From assembly GCA_963663765.2 (NCBI GenBank), contig CAXXUA010000003.1, positions 1 to 64,000 of the forward strand: a stretch of DNA of 64,000 bases, in the 5' to 3' direction. Shown here in pieces: positions 40,248-49,650 of this stretch. Under the pieces are notes generated by a model that was not told the DNA's origin, ran no database searches, and saw only the letters and a program-made list of their open reading frames with translations. The position numbers and the translations under genes were made by a program. Each line of letters opens with the position of its first letter. The first letter of the stretch is position 1. This DNA comes from Candidatus Poribacteria bacterium. Its GTDB lineage: Bacteria > Poribacteria > WGA-4E > WGA-3G.

Positions 40248-40937
40248 TTATTTTTTTATGTTTAGAAATTCGTAGGCATCAATTACTGCTTCACTCATGT
40301 CACGGACCTGGATGCCATCAGGAACAATACCTTCCATAAGCGATTTTCTAATGGCTTTTAAATCATCTCTGGGAGATCCACGAATCTCAAGATATTCGTT
40401 CCCATCTTGGTTATGTCTTTTCACGAAAACGGTTCCGGGAATCGTTGGATATACCAATCCAGTAGCTGCAGAACCTGTTATTCCTGTAGTCCGTATTCCT
40501 TGTTTCCACAATTTGACTCGGACGCGCGCCATTAATTCATAAATCGGTGGGTCATTCTTGTAAAAACTCCAAGAAAACGGTTGTAAGAAGTAATCGTCAG
40601 GCACTTCTGGGAATGGACCGAACCCGTGTGGCGAAACGGGTACCCCTTCAGTATTTTCCGTTTCTTGTGTTTGTTCTGTCAGGTTTGCGTGAGTCTCGCT
40701 GGGTGCAGGTCTCTCTACACCTTCGGGACTTGTTTCGGTTATTGATTTCTCTGCGGTCATGTTGGTATCTGTCTTTTGGGCTGCTTCCTGTTCGTGAGCA
40801 ACTTCAGTAGTTTCAGCAGTGTCGTGTCTGTTGGGTGCAAACTGGTGCTGGTACAAAAAGTAGCATCCGATACCGAAGAGAATCGCTAAGGCATAACCGC
40901 CAAGAATCCATTTATTGAAAAAGACTTCGCGAAACAT
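40248..40937 (-). CDS. Hypothetical membrane-anchored protein, paralog 1 of 5
   Basis: RBS AGGAGG. MFREVFFNKWILG TM anchor, low-complexity linker and VSPHGFGP..LWKQGI..GLVYPT domain. Confidence 0.85.
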   Translation of the reverse strand: MFREVFFNKWILGGYALAILFGIGCYFLYQHQFAPNRHDTAETTEVAHEQEAAQKTDTNMTAEKSITETSPEGVERPAPSETHANLTEQTQETENTEGVPVSPHGFGPFPEVPDDYFLQPFSWSFYKNDPPIYELMARVRVKLWKQGIRTTGITGSAATGLVYPTIPGTVFVKRHNQDGNEYLEIRGSPRDDLKAIRKSLMEGIVPDGIQVRDMSEAVIDAYEFLNIKK

Positions 40938-40964
40938 TTTTGACCTCCTTTATTGCTTGAATTC

Positions 40965-41344
40965 ACGAGTTGTGCTAAATAACTATATATTAATCATTGT
41001 TTCACATAAGCATGACGTTTTGCAGGTGTCCTTCATAGTTTGAAACGATCTTCAGTCCCGCCAAATGCCATACGCGCATTTGGCGTTGATTTGGTAGGGA
41101 CGATATGTTTATAGAAAAACGTCATAGTACATCCTCTTTAGTCCCGTAGGGACGATATGTTTATAGAAAACGTCATAGTACATCCTCTTTAGTCCCGCCA
41201 AATGCCATACGGGGAATGCCTTAATGGCATTCATACCGTTGATTTGGCGCATTTGGCGTTGATTTGGTAGGGACGATATGTCCGCATTATAAACCTAATA
41301 TATGTAAAAACTTTGAAAACAATGGGTTAACTGGCACAAGTCGT
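40965..41344. mobile_element. MITE-E
   Basis: Ends ACGAGTTGTGCTA / TGGCACAAGTCGT. Further copies at 42096-42439 and 58920-59213. Confidence 0.8.
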
Positions 41345-41378
41345 AATATTACTTCGTTTTCAAAAAAGTAGAAACTCT

Positions 41379-42068
41379 TTATTTTTTTATGTTTAGAAAT
41401 TCGTATGCATCAATTACTGCTTCACTCATGTCACGTACCTGGATGCCATCAGGAACAATCCCTTCCATAAGCGATTTTCTAATGGTTTCTAAATCATCTC
41501 TGGGAGATCCCCGAATTTCAAGGTGATCAACACCGTCACGATTATATCTTTTCACGAAGACGGTTCCGGGAATCGTTGGATATACCAATCCAGTAGCTGC
41601 AGAACCTGTTATTCCTATAGTCCGTATTCCTTGTTTCCACAATTTGATCTGAACGCGTTCCATTAATTCAAAAATCGGCGGGTCATTCTTGTAAAAATCC
41701 CAAGAAAACGGTTTTATGATGTAATCGTCAGGCACTTCTGGGAATGGACCGAACCCGTGTGGCGAAACGGGTACCCCTTCAGTATTTTTCGTTTCTTGTG
41801 TTTGTTCTGTCAGGTTTGCGTGAGTCTCGCTGGGTACAGATCTCTCTACACCTTCCGGACTTGTTTCGGTTATCGTTTTCTCTGCGGTCATGCTGGTATC
41901 TGTCTTTTGGGCTGCTTCCTGTTCGTGAGCAACTTCAGTAGTTTCAGCAGTGTCGTGTCTGTTGGGTGCAAACTGGTGCTGGTACCAAAAGTAGCAACCA
42001 ATACCGAAAACAATCACTAAGGCACAACTACCAAGGATCCATTTATTGAAAAAGACTTCGCGAAACAT
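41379..42068 (-). CDS. Hypothetical membrane-anchored protein, paralog 2 of 5
   Basis: Near-identical to paralogs 1 and 3. Confidence 0.85.
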   Translation of the reverse strand: MFREVFFNKWILGSCALVIVFGIGCYFWYQHQFAPNRHDTAETTEVAHEQEAAQKTDTSMTAEKTITETSPEGVERSVPSETHANLTEQTQETKNTEGVPVSPHGFGPFPEVPDDYIIKPFSWDFYKNDPPIFELMERVQIKLWKQGIRTIGITGSAATGLVYPTIPGTVFVKRYNRDGVDHLEIRGSPRDDLETIRKSLMEGIVPDGIQVRDMSEAVIDAYEFLNIKK

Positions 42069-42095
42069 TTTTGACCTCCTTTATTGCTTGAATTC

Positions 42096-42439
42096 ACGAG
42101 TTGTGCTAAATAACTATATATTAATCATTGTTTCACATAAGCATGACGTTTTGCAGGTGTCCTTCATAGTTTGAAACGATCTTCAGTCCCGACAAATGCC
42201 ATACGCGCATTTGGCGTTGATTTGGTAGGGACGATATGTTTATAGAAAAACGTCATAGTACATCCTCTTTAGTCCCGTAGGGACGATATGTTTATAGAAA
42301 ACGTCATAGTACATCCTCTTTAGTCCCGCCAAATGCCATACGCGCATTTGGCGTTGATTTGGTAGGGACGATATGTGCGCATTATAAACCTAATATATGT
42401 AAAAACTTTGAAAACAATGGGTTAACTGGCACAAGTCGT
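42096..42439. mobile_element. MITE-E
   Basis: Near-identical to 40965-41344. Confidence 0.8.
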
Positions 42440-42473
42440 AATATTACTTCGTTTTCAAAAAAGTAGAAACTCT

Positions 42474-43163
42474 TTATTTTTTTATGTTTAGAAATTCGTA
42501 GGCATCAATTACTGCTTCACTCATGTCACGGACCTGGATGCCATCAGGAACAATCCCTTCCATAAGCGATTTTCTAATGGTTTCTAAATCATCTCTGGGA
42601 GATCCCCGAATTTCAAGGTGATCAACACCGTCACGATTATATCTTTTCACGAAGACGGTTCCGAGAATCGTTGGATATACCAATCCAGTAGCTGCAGAAC
42701 CTGTTATTCCTGTAGTCCGTATTCCTTGTTTCCACAATTTGATCTGAACGCGTTCCATTAATTCAAGAATCGGCGGGTCATTCTTGTAAAAATCCCAAGA
42801 AAACGGTTTTATGATGTAATCGTCAGGCACTTCTGGGAATGGACCGAACCCGTGGGGAGAAACGGGTACCCCTTCAGTATTTTCCGTTTCTTGTGGTTGT
42901 TCTGTCAGGTTTGCGTGAGTCTCACTGGGGACGGGTCTTTCTACACCTTCCGGACTTGTTTCGGTTATCGTTTTCTCTGCGGTCATGCTGGTATCTGTCT
43001 TTTGGGCTGCTTCCTGTTCGTGAGCAACTTCAGTAGTTTCAGCAGTGTCGTGTCTGTTGGGTGCAAACTGGTGCTGGTACCAAAAGTAGCATCCAATGCC
43101 GAAGAGAATCGCTAAGGCATAACCGCCAAGAATCCATTTATTGAAAAAGACTTCGCGAAACAT
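42474..43163 (-). CDS. Hypothetical membrane-anchored protein, paralog 3 of 5
   Basis: Start at 43163 inferred from paralogy and RBS. Confidence 0.85.
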   Translation of the reverse strand: MFREVFFNKWILGGYALAILFGIGCYFWYQHQFAPNRHDTAETTEVAHEQEAAQKTDTSMTAEKTITETSPEGVERPVPSETHANLTEQPQETENTEGVPVSPHGFGPFPEVPDDYIIKPFSWDFYKNDPPILELMERVQIKLWKQGIRTTGITGSAATGLVYPTILGTVFVKRYNRDGVDHLEIRGSPRDDLETIRKSLMEGIVPDGIQVRDMSEAVIDAYEFLNIKK

Positions 43164-43362
43164 TTTTGACCTCCTTATACCATCTCTAAATGACAAATTA
43201 CCATAATAAACTGTATGTCGGGTAGAGTTTGCGAAACCTTACATGGGAAATTTCCATATAATCATACGTGTCGGGTTTCGCAAACTCTACCCGACATACG
43301 AAATAATGTTGATGAAAATAACGCCAAAAACATTGCCAAAATTAACAAAACGGATAATATTT

Positions 43363-44103
43363 TCATTTCAATTCCTCCTTTAGGAATTCATAAGGGTCAA
43401 TGCCTTCAGAGATATTTAAAACTGTGATATGTGATGGAATGTCACTTTCAAATAAAAAATGTGGCGGACAATGAGGGATACCGGGTACACCGCGATAGGG
43501 TAAAGAGTCTTTCGTGTCAGGATGTCCCTTCGCGCGACGCGCGTATCTTGCCACGCTACCATCGGGTAGATGGATATCATCCCATTCGACATAGATAGTT
43601 CCTCGAATCGTGGGGTAAACTAATCCGGACTCATAGCTAATTCCTATGCCCTCAGTGCGTATACCTTGTTTCCACAACTTAACATCAACTCGCATCATGA
43701 GTTCTTGATCTTTGTTAAGCGGCTTATCAAAAATATTTGGTGCGCGATATCCTGGTGGAATTTTAGGATACGGACCGAATCCATGTGGTGACACGCGAAC
43801 CTCTTCATTGTTTGCTGTTATCTCTTCAGTGTTTGTATCAGACTCCAAAACGACATCAGCATTTTTGATGATAGGTTCTTCTGTGGATGGTGTTGTCTTT
43901 TGTGTAGTTACATCGTCTGTCTGGGATCCCTTGTTGTTGGTTTTTGCCTTTTGGGTTGCTACCTGTTCACGAGCAACTTCAGCAGTGTCGTGTCTGTTAG
44001 GTGCAAACTGGTGCTGGTACCAAAAGTAGCAACCAATACCGAAAACAATCGCTAAGGCATAACCGCCAAGAATCCATTTATTGAAAAAGACTTCACGAAA
44101 CAT
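43363..44103 (-). CDS. Hypothetical membrane-anchored protein, paralog 4 of 5
   Basis: Same N-terminus with a diverged C-domain. Confidence 0.85.
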   Translation of the reverse strand: MFREVFFNKWILGGYALAIVFGIGCYFWYQHQFAPNRHDTAEVAREQVATQKAKTNNKGSQTDDVTTQKTTPSTEEPIIKNADVVLESDTNTEEITANNEEVRVSPHGFGPYPKIPPGYRAPNIFDKPLNKDQELMMRVDVKLWKQGIRTEGIGISYESGLVYPTIRGTIYVEWDDIHLPDGSVARYARRAKGHPDTKDSLPYRGVPGIPHCPPHFLFESDIPSHITVLNISEGIDPYEFLKEELK

Positions 44104-44300
44104 TTTTGACCTCCTTTATTTGCTTGAATTGAGATAATCAGGACTTATGCATTTCCTATAAAGTTCCCTTTTAACAAGTTATTCCTATTCTAATTATTTC
44201 TATGCCATGTCTCCGTAGGTCGGTTAAGACACGAAACCCGATATGTATTGATTGTGGATATCATGTCAGGTTTCGTGGCGCTACCCGACCTACAGCAGAA

Positions 44301-45071
44301 CTACCTATCATAACGAGAACGAGCATTAAAACTTGCTTCATCATAAGAATTAACTGTTTGCAGGTTAAGAAATTTGTACGGGTCTATACCCGCTTTATCA
44401 TAATCAAAAACTGTTAAACCCGCAGGTATCGTGCCAGACTCGTACATTTGATCAACAACATCATCAGACATATCCTTCGGATGTCCTGTAATGTCAATTA
44501 TGTCTTTGCCATTATCGCTCCTCTTGATATAAACGATACCGCGTCTGATAGGATATAGCAATCCTCTTTCGGCAGTGATCCCCTCAGATTTAACACCTTG
44601 CTTCCATAACTTGATGCGAACACGTGACATGAGCTCATCCTGAAGGGTTTCCCCCCAGAATTCCCATTTGAATTTGGATGGGGGAATAGGATAATCCTTT
44701 GGTATATCTGGATAGGGTCCAAATCCGAAAGGTGATACAGGTACATCTGCTGTTTCTGCGTTTTGTGCAGAAGTATCGGTTTGTGCTTGTGTCGGTTTTG
44801 TGTTTTTGGTCACGGGAGTTGTTTCGGTTATCGTTTTCTCTGCAGTTGGGTTTGTAACATCCGCAGGCGTATTGGTTTCATCTTGTGGCGTGTTGTTGGT
44901 TTTTGCTTTTTGGGTTGCTTCTCGCCCGCGAGCAACTTCAGTAGTTTCGATAGCGTCATGTTTGTAGGGTGCAAACTGGTGCTGGTACCAAAAGTAGCAA
45001 CCAATACCGAAAACAATCGCTAAGGCATAACCGCCAAGGATCCATTTATTGAAAAAGACTTCGCGAAACAT
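44301..45071 (-). CDS. Hypothetical membrane-anchored protein, paralog 5 of 5
   Basis: Same N-terminus with a diverged C-domain. The 3' end runs toward a REP. Confidence 0.85.
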   Translation of the reverse strand: MFREVFFNKWILGGYALAIVFGIGCYFWYQHQFAPYKHDAIETTEVARGREATQKAKTNNTPQDETNTPADVTNPTAEKTITETTPVTKNTKPTQAQTDTSAQNAETADVPVSPFGFGPYPDIPKDYPIPPSKFKWEFWGETLQDELMSRVRIKLWKQGVKSEGITAERGLLYPIRRGIVYIKRSDNGKDIIDITGHPKDMSDDVVDQMYESGTIPAGLTVFDYDKAGIDPYKFLNLQTVNSYDEASFNARSRYDR

Positions 45072-45181
45072 TTTTGACCTCCTTTTTTGCTTGAATTGAG
45101 ATAATTATACAATATGTAAAAAAAAATGCAACAAATTAAAATAAAAAAAGTAGAAATTGTGAGAAATTTGCTGAATTCGCG

Positions 45182-46936
45182 CTATTTTTCTGGTTGAGAG
45201 CTATATTTTAACACACCGTCTGCATCGGTGAAGCGTAAGTATAATGCCCAGGTCCAGCTGTTCTGTTCGACGCTGCATAAGACTTCGTTCCATCCTGCTT
45301 TCAACTTACACGGTATCTTATCGGCATCTGGTGTTATGCGGCGGTAGACCCGTTTTTTGTGGATTTCAGTTCCGTTGAGCCATACGTTCACTGTCTCATC
45401 GCTGCCAAGTAGTAGGACAGTGTCCATCGCTTTTGGTGCATAGACGTAGGATACGCAGTATCCTACCACGGCTGACTGCATGCCGAAGTTTGCACGAAAA
45501 TTTAGTAGACCGTTTGTATTTGTTTTGGCTTCACGCCATCGGACTGTTTTGCCATCTTTGTCTGTGTAGGATACGTTTAGATTGAGTATGTTTTCTGTGG
45601 AAATGGAGGAAACAATTGTGTTTATGTCTGTCTTGGGGATTGGTCCTAATATCATATAACGACTAACAAAAGGAGAAGCATGCAGGATTTGATAGGAATC
45701 GACCCCGACTTTGTAGCCTGTTGCTTGCGTTGATTTACCGATGTTTTTTACGACAATCTGGTTCTCACCCTTGTTCAGCGGAATATTTCCAAACTTAACC
45801 AACGTTCCTGCTACATGTTCAGGATGGTAGCAATCGTACGGTGTACCGACTTTTTTGCCGTTGACGTTGAGTTCTGCATGTCCATATTCTGGTCCGCGGG
45901 TTAAGATAGCACTAATTTCGTATAGGTTTCCATAAGGCACTTTCATCGTTTGATGCACTGATATATCAACCGTTTTAGCGTTGAGCGCGACATGCCCTCC
46001 ATCAATATCAATACTTGCATCACGATAACTTTCTAATCTATATCCATCCGATTCCTGTTTGACTAACATTGCTATTGCTGATTTTGTGTTCTTTGGTGGT
46101 ATCTTCCACGCTTTTTCATACCAAAACTGTGGGAGTGCGTAAATATGGCGAGCTTCGTTTGTTAGGTAAAGATTATATCCTTCAAAACAGATTGCCTCTC
46201 CTTGAAAATTGTGTCTTAATATCCAGGGCTTGTTTTTGATCGTTTGTACTATATCGCCAGTATTGTTGTGGTAGACCCACAGTGCGTTGTAGGTGCAGAC
46301 TGCAAGCCGTTTGCCATCTGTTGAAATACCTGCGCCTGTAACTAACCTTGCATCTGTGACTTCACCGACCCGTTCCAGAACCTGCTTTGAGTCTGCTTTC
46401 AATTCTGGGAAACGGTAAAGCACTGCAATCGCTTGTTCTTTGGAGACTATATACGGGATTCCATCAGCAATAAACAATCCTTCCGCGTCTATATTGTTAC
46501 CGGGATATTTGTATGGGTATTTAGCAATGATTTCTGCTTCTTTTTCAGTGTGTGGGTTCGGTTCTTTGATGACAACCACATTTAAATCCATTCGCATTCT
46601 GCTATTGTTGCCGATGTCACCGATCCAGAGTTGTCCTTTGGTGTCAATAGCGAGTGCTTCCCAGTCTCGGTTTCGTGTGCCTAACACTTTGATTTCTTGG
46701 ATGAGTTCACCATTGCGTTTTGTTGCGTAAAGTGCTGTGGGATTTCCAGAGTCGTTCAATGTCCAATAGACACCATCAAACTGTTTGCTTGCGACAATGC
46801 CGGAACTTTCTCGAATATCGGGATGTGTATATTTACCTGCGGGTTGCCACGGTGGCGTACCGAATGTTGTTGGTTCTTCAGCGATAGTGAATGTTGCGGT
46901 AAGGATAATGATTAGTGGGTAAAGTAGCAATCTCAT
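45182..46936 (-). CDS. Secreted hypothetical protein (probable beta-propeller plus beta-sandwich domains)
   Basis: Signal peptide. ESSGI..WTLNDSG..DWEAL..IGDIGNN..DAEGL..QGEAI motifs. C-terminal LLGSDE..VWLNG..LKAGWN. Confidence 0.7.
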   Translation of the reverse strand: MRLLLYPLIIILTATFTIAEEPTTFGTPPWQPAGKYTHPDIRESSGIVASKQFDGVYWTLNDSGNPTALYATKRNGELIQEIKVLGTRNRDWEALAIDTKGQLWIGDIGNNSRMRMDLNVVVIKEPNPHTEKEAEIIAKYPYKYPGNNIDAEGLFIADGIPYIVSKEQAIAVLYRFPELKADSKQVLERVGEVTDARLVTGAGISTDGKRLAVCTYNALWVYHNNTGDIVQTIKNKPWILRHNFQGEAICFEGYNLYLTNEARHIYALPQFWYEKAWKIPPKNTKSAIAMLVKQESDGYRLESYRDASIDIDGGHVALNAKTVDISVHQTMKVPYGNLYEISAILTRGPEYGHAELNVNGKKVGTPYDCYHPEHVAGTLVKFGNIPLNKGENQIVVKNIGKSTQATGYKVGVDSYQILHASPFVSRYMILGPIPKTDINTIVSSISTENILNLNVSYTDKDGKTVRWREAKTNTNGLLNFRANFGMQSAVVGYCVSYVYAPKAMDTVLLLGSDETVNVWLNGTEIHKKRVYRRITPDADKIPCKLKAGWNEVLCSVEQNSWTWALYLRFTDADGVLKYSSQPEK

Positions 46937-47175
46937 GTATGGATAATTCCTTTGTAGTTCTTGAATTTTGGTGTCTATATGACCGAGTATCTATGAATAT
47001 GTTATACCAATTCTAATAAATCTTGTCTCATTAAGGAATTCTACTGTTTACTGGCAGGGGGTTACTCTCTTCGGTAGGAGCGACCTCCCGGTCGCGACCG
47101 TGATGTCGCTCCTACCAGATTTCCGCTGCTAATGAGACATTATCACATGAAAATGGTATTATGTCAATTTACAGA

Positions 47176-49644
47176 TCAACGTGCATCGTCAATATCAGAG
47201 TATATACGCAGATCAGGAAGTTGCTTGCGAAGTCTGCGAATTTGGGACATATCTTGAATTGGATTTTCTTGAATATGCAGAACTTCTAACTGTTTCAAGT
47301 TTTCTATAGGACTAATGTCCCGAATTTGGTTTTTAGCTAATCTTAACAAATTTAGCTTTGTCATTCCCACAATCGGTTTGAAGTCCCGAATTTGATTATT
47401 GGAAAGTGATAGACTTGTAAGTTGTGTTATGTTTTGAAGCGGGGAAATATCTTGAATTTGGTTATCGTAAAGGCTTAATTCTGTAAGACGGGGCATTTTA
47501 GCCAATACTGTTCCGAGTTGTGTGATATTCTTCAGCTGATTATTTGACAATGATAGCGTCGTTAACCGCGTCAATGTAACAAGAGGGGTTAGGTCCTGTA
47601 AAGGACAATCCCGAATCGATAAGTTGGTGAGTTGTTTTAATTGTGCAATTGGTGTGATGTCACTGATTTGTGTTCCGCGGATTCTTAATGTGCTGAGATG
47701 CCTCAGTTCTGACAACCATGTGATGTCGCTAATCTGATTATTGACAAGCGATAAGTTGTTAAGATGTTTCAACCTACTGATAGGTGTAAAGTCCATTATT
47801 GGGTTATCCCCGATACGTAGGGAGTCAAGTAGTTTCAAATTTGAGATGGGTGTTATGTCGGTAATCTGATTTTCTTGGATTGTTAAGTGCCAAAGAAATC
47901 TCAATTCCGCGAGAGGTGTAATATCATTAATTTGGTTACTTGCAATAAATAATTCACGTAAGTTCTTTAGTTTGGCAAGCGGTGTGATGTCTGTAATTTT
48001 TCCACGGCTTATTGATAAGGTCGTGAGTTGTGGCAATTCTTCAAGGGGTGTAAGGTCGTTGATCTGATTGTGTTTAGTTTCATCTATAACGTGAACTTCC
48101 CTGAAACGCAACGTTGTAAGATTCTTCAATCCGACAAGTGGACTGATGTCTCTAATCTGATTTGCACCGAGTGATAAAATACATAGATTTGTTAAACCAG
48201 CAAGTGGGGTTAGGTCACTTATTTGGTTGTCTGAAAGGAATAAGAATTCTAGCTGTGTTAAACCAGCAAGTGGGGTTAGGTCACTTATTTGATTATATGA
48301 CAGTTGTAGACTTTTCAATTTCATCAGCCCTTTTAGGGGGGATATATCTTTAACCTGATTTCCTGCAACCTTTAAAGTCTCTAAACTTGTAGCTAATTCC
48401 AATCCAGTGAGATCAGTTATACCTTCAAGGTAGTCCAATTTTTTCAACGACCTGAGTCTCTCTTTAGTAATAGAGCTGGTTTGGCTTAATCCGAGTGCTT
48501 TTCGCACTGCAGCAGCTAAGTTCGGATCGGGTATAAGCTGGGATTGCGAATTAGAGGTTGCATCTTGGATTGGAGCGTCCTTTGAAGGTAAACTTTCCTG
48601 TTGTTCACTGTACTTTTGTTCACTGATCTGTTTAATATTTTCCACAAGACTCATATCATCGATCTGATTGTGTGCAACTTCTAAGTACTCCAGTTGTGAT
48701 AAGTCATTCAGCGAGGAAATATCGGTAATCACGTTGTGTTTGAGTTCCAAACGTTTTAACTTTGTCAACCCTTTGAGAGGCGAAGTATCTTTGATGTCAT
48801 TGCGATTGAGATATAGATATTCAAGATCAGACAATGTACTAAGCGGGGTTAGATCACTGATTTCGTTGCTGGTTAGCGATAATGTCTTGAGTTTTGTAAA
48901 TCCTTTGAGGGGTGTAATGTCACCGATTTCATTGCGTTCAAGTTTTAATACCGTGAGTTGGGTGAGGTCTGAAAGCGGCATAATGTCACTTATTTCGTTG
49001 TAGGAAAGGTAGAGTTTCTCCAGCATCGTCAAGTTTTTAAGACCCGAAATATCTGAAAGTTGATTATTTAAAAGCACTAATGTTTTCAGTTGTGGTAAAT
49101 CAGAGAGTGGTGTAATGTCACTGATTTCATTGTGACCAAAATTTAAGGATTTAAATTGTTTCAAATTCGAGAGTGGTAATAGATCTACAACATGGTTCGC
49201 AGAAATATCTAAATGAGACAATTTCTTTAGTCTACTAACCGGTTTAATGTTGACAATATCATTATATTCAAGCCATAGAAATTCCAACTTTTTCAATTTT
49301 GACAGCGGCTTGATGTCTGTTATCTGATTTTTGGTAAGTCCTAATAAATACAAGTTTTTTAATTTACTAATAGGTGTGAGATCTGAAATCTGATTATGGT
49401 AAAGTGATAAAGTTGTCAAGCCTTTTGCTTGTTCTAAACCTGTTAAGTCTTTTATATCTTTCTCCGAGACCGTCAGGTCTTTTAGTTCTTTCAGTTTATT
49501 GTTCATGATAGGTTCATCAGGAGCTAAACCCAATTCTTCCCTGATAGCTGCAGCTAAATTCGGGTCGGGGAACTCTACGGGTTCTGGTGCGGAACAGCTA
49601 CTAAATGCAATGAGTAGTACAAAAAGCAGGCAAATCTGTTTCAT
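47176..49644 (-). CDS. Internalin-like leucine-rich repeat protein (probable lipoprotein)
   Basis: AFSSC lipobox-like signal. Two PDPNLAAA caps, each followed by 22-aa LRRs (NQISDLTPL..L..L..L.L). Confidence 0.9.
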   Translation of the reverse strand: MKQICLLFVLLIAFSSCSAPEPVEFPDPNLAAAIREELGLAPDEPIMNNKLKELKDLTVSEKDIKDLTGLEQAKGLTTLSLYHNQISDLTPISKLKNLYLLGLTKNQITDIKPLSKLKKLEFLWLEYNDIVNIKPVSRLKKLSHLDISANHVVDLLPLSNLKQFKSLNFGHNEISDITPLSDLPQLKTLVLLNNQLSDISGLKNLTMLEKLYLSYNEISDIMPLSDLTQLTVLKLERNEIGDITPLKGFTKLKTLSLTSNEISDLTPLSTLSDLEYLYLNRNDIKDTSPLKGLTKLKRLELKHNVITDISSLNDLSQLEYLEVAHNQIDDMSLVENIKQISEQKYSEQQESLPSKDAPIQDATSNSQSQLIPDPNLAAAVRKALGLSQTSSITKERLRSLKKLDYLEGITDLTGLELATSLETLKVAGNQVKDISPLKGLMKLKSLQLSYNQISDLTPLAGLTQLEFLFLSDNQISDLTPLAGLTNLCILSLGANQIRDISPLVGLKNLTTLRFREVHVIDETKHNQINDLTPLEELPQLTTLSISRGKITDITPLAKLKNLRELFIASNQINDITPLAELRFLWHLTIQENQITDITPISNLKLLDSLRIGDNPIMDFTPISRLKHLNNLSLVNNQISDITWLSELRHLSTLRIRGTQISDITPIAQLKQLTNLSIRDCPLQDLTPLVTLTRLTTLSLSNNQLKNITQLGTVLAKMPRLTELSLYDNQIQDISPLQNITQLTSLSLSNNQIRDFKPIVGMTKLNLLRLAKNQIRDISPIENLKQLEVLHIQENPIQDMSQIRRLRKQLPDLRIYSDIDDAR

Positions 49645-49650
49645 GACGTT

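Noticed and set aside
40248-43163. DGR-type adenine mutagenesis among the near-identical paralogs
   Set aside because: Differences involve all bases and are spread along the genes. No reverse transcriptase is present.
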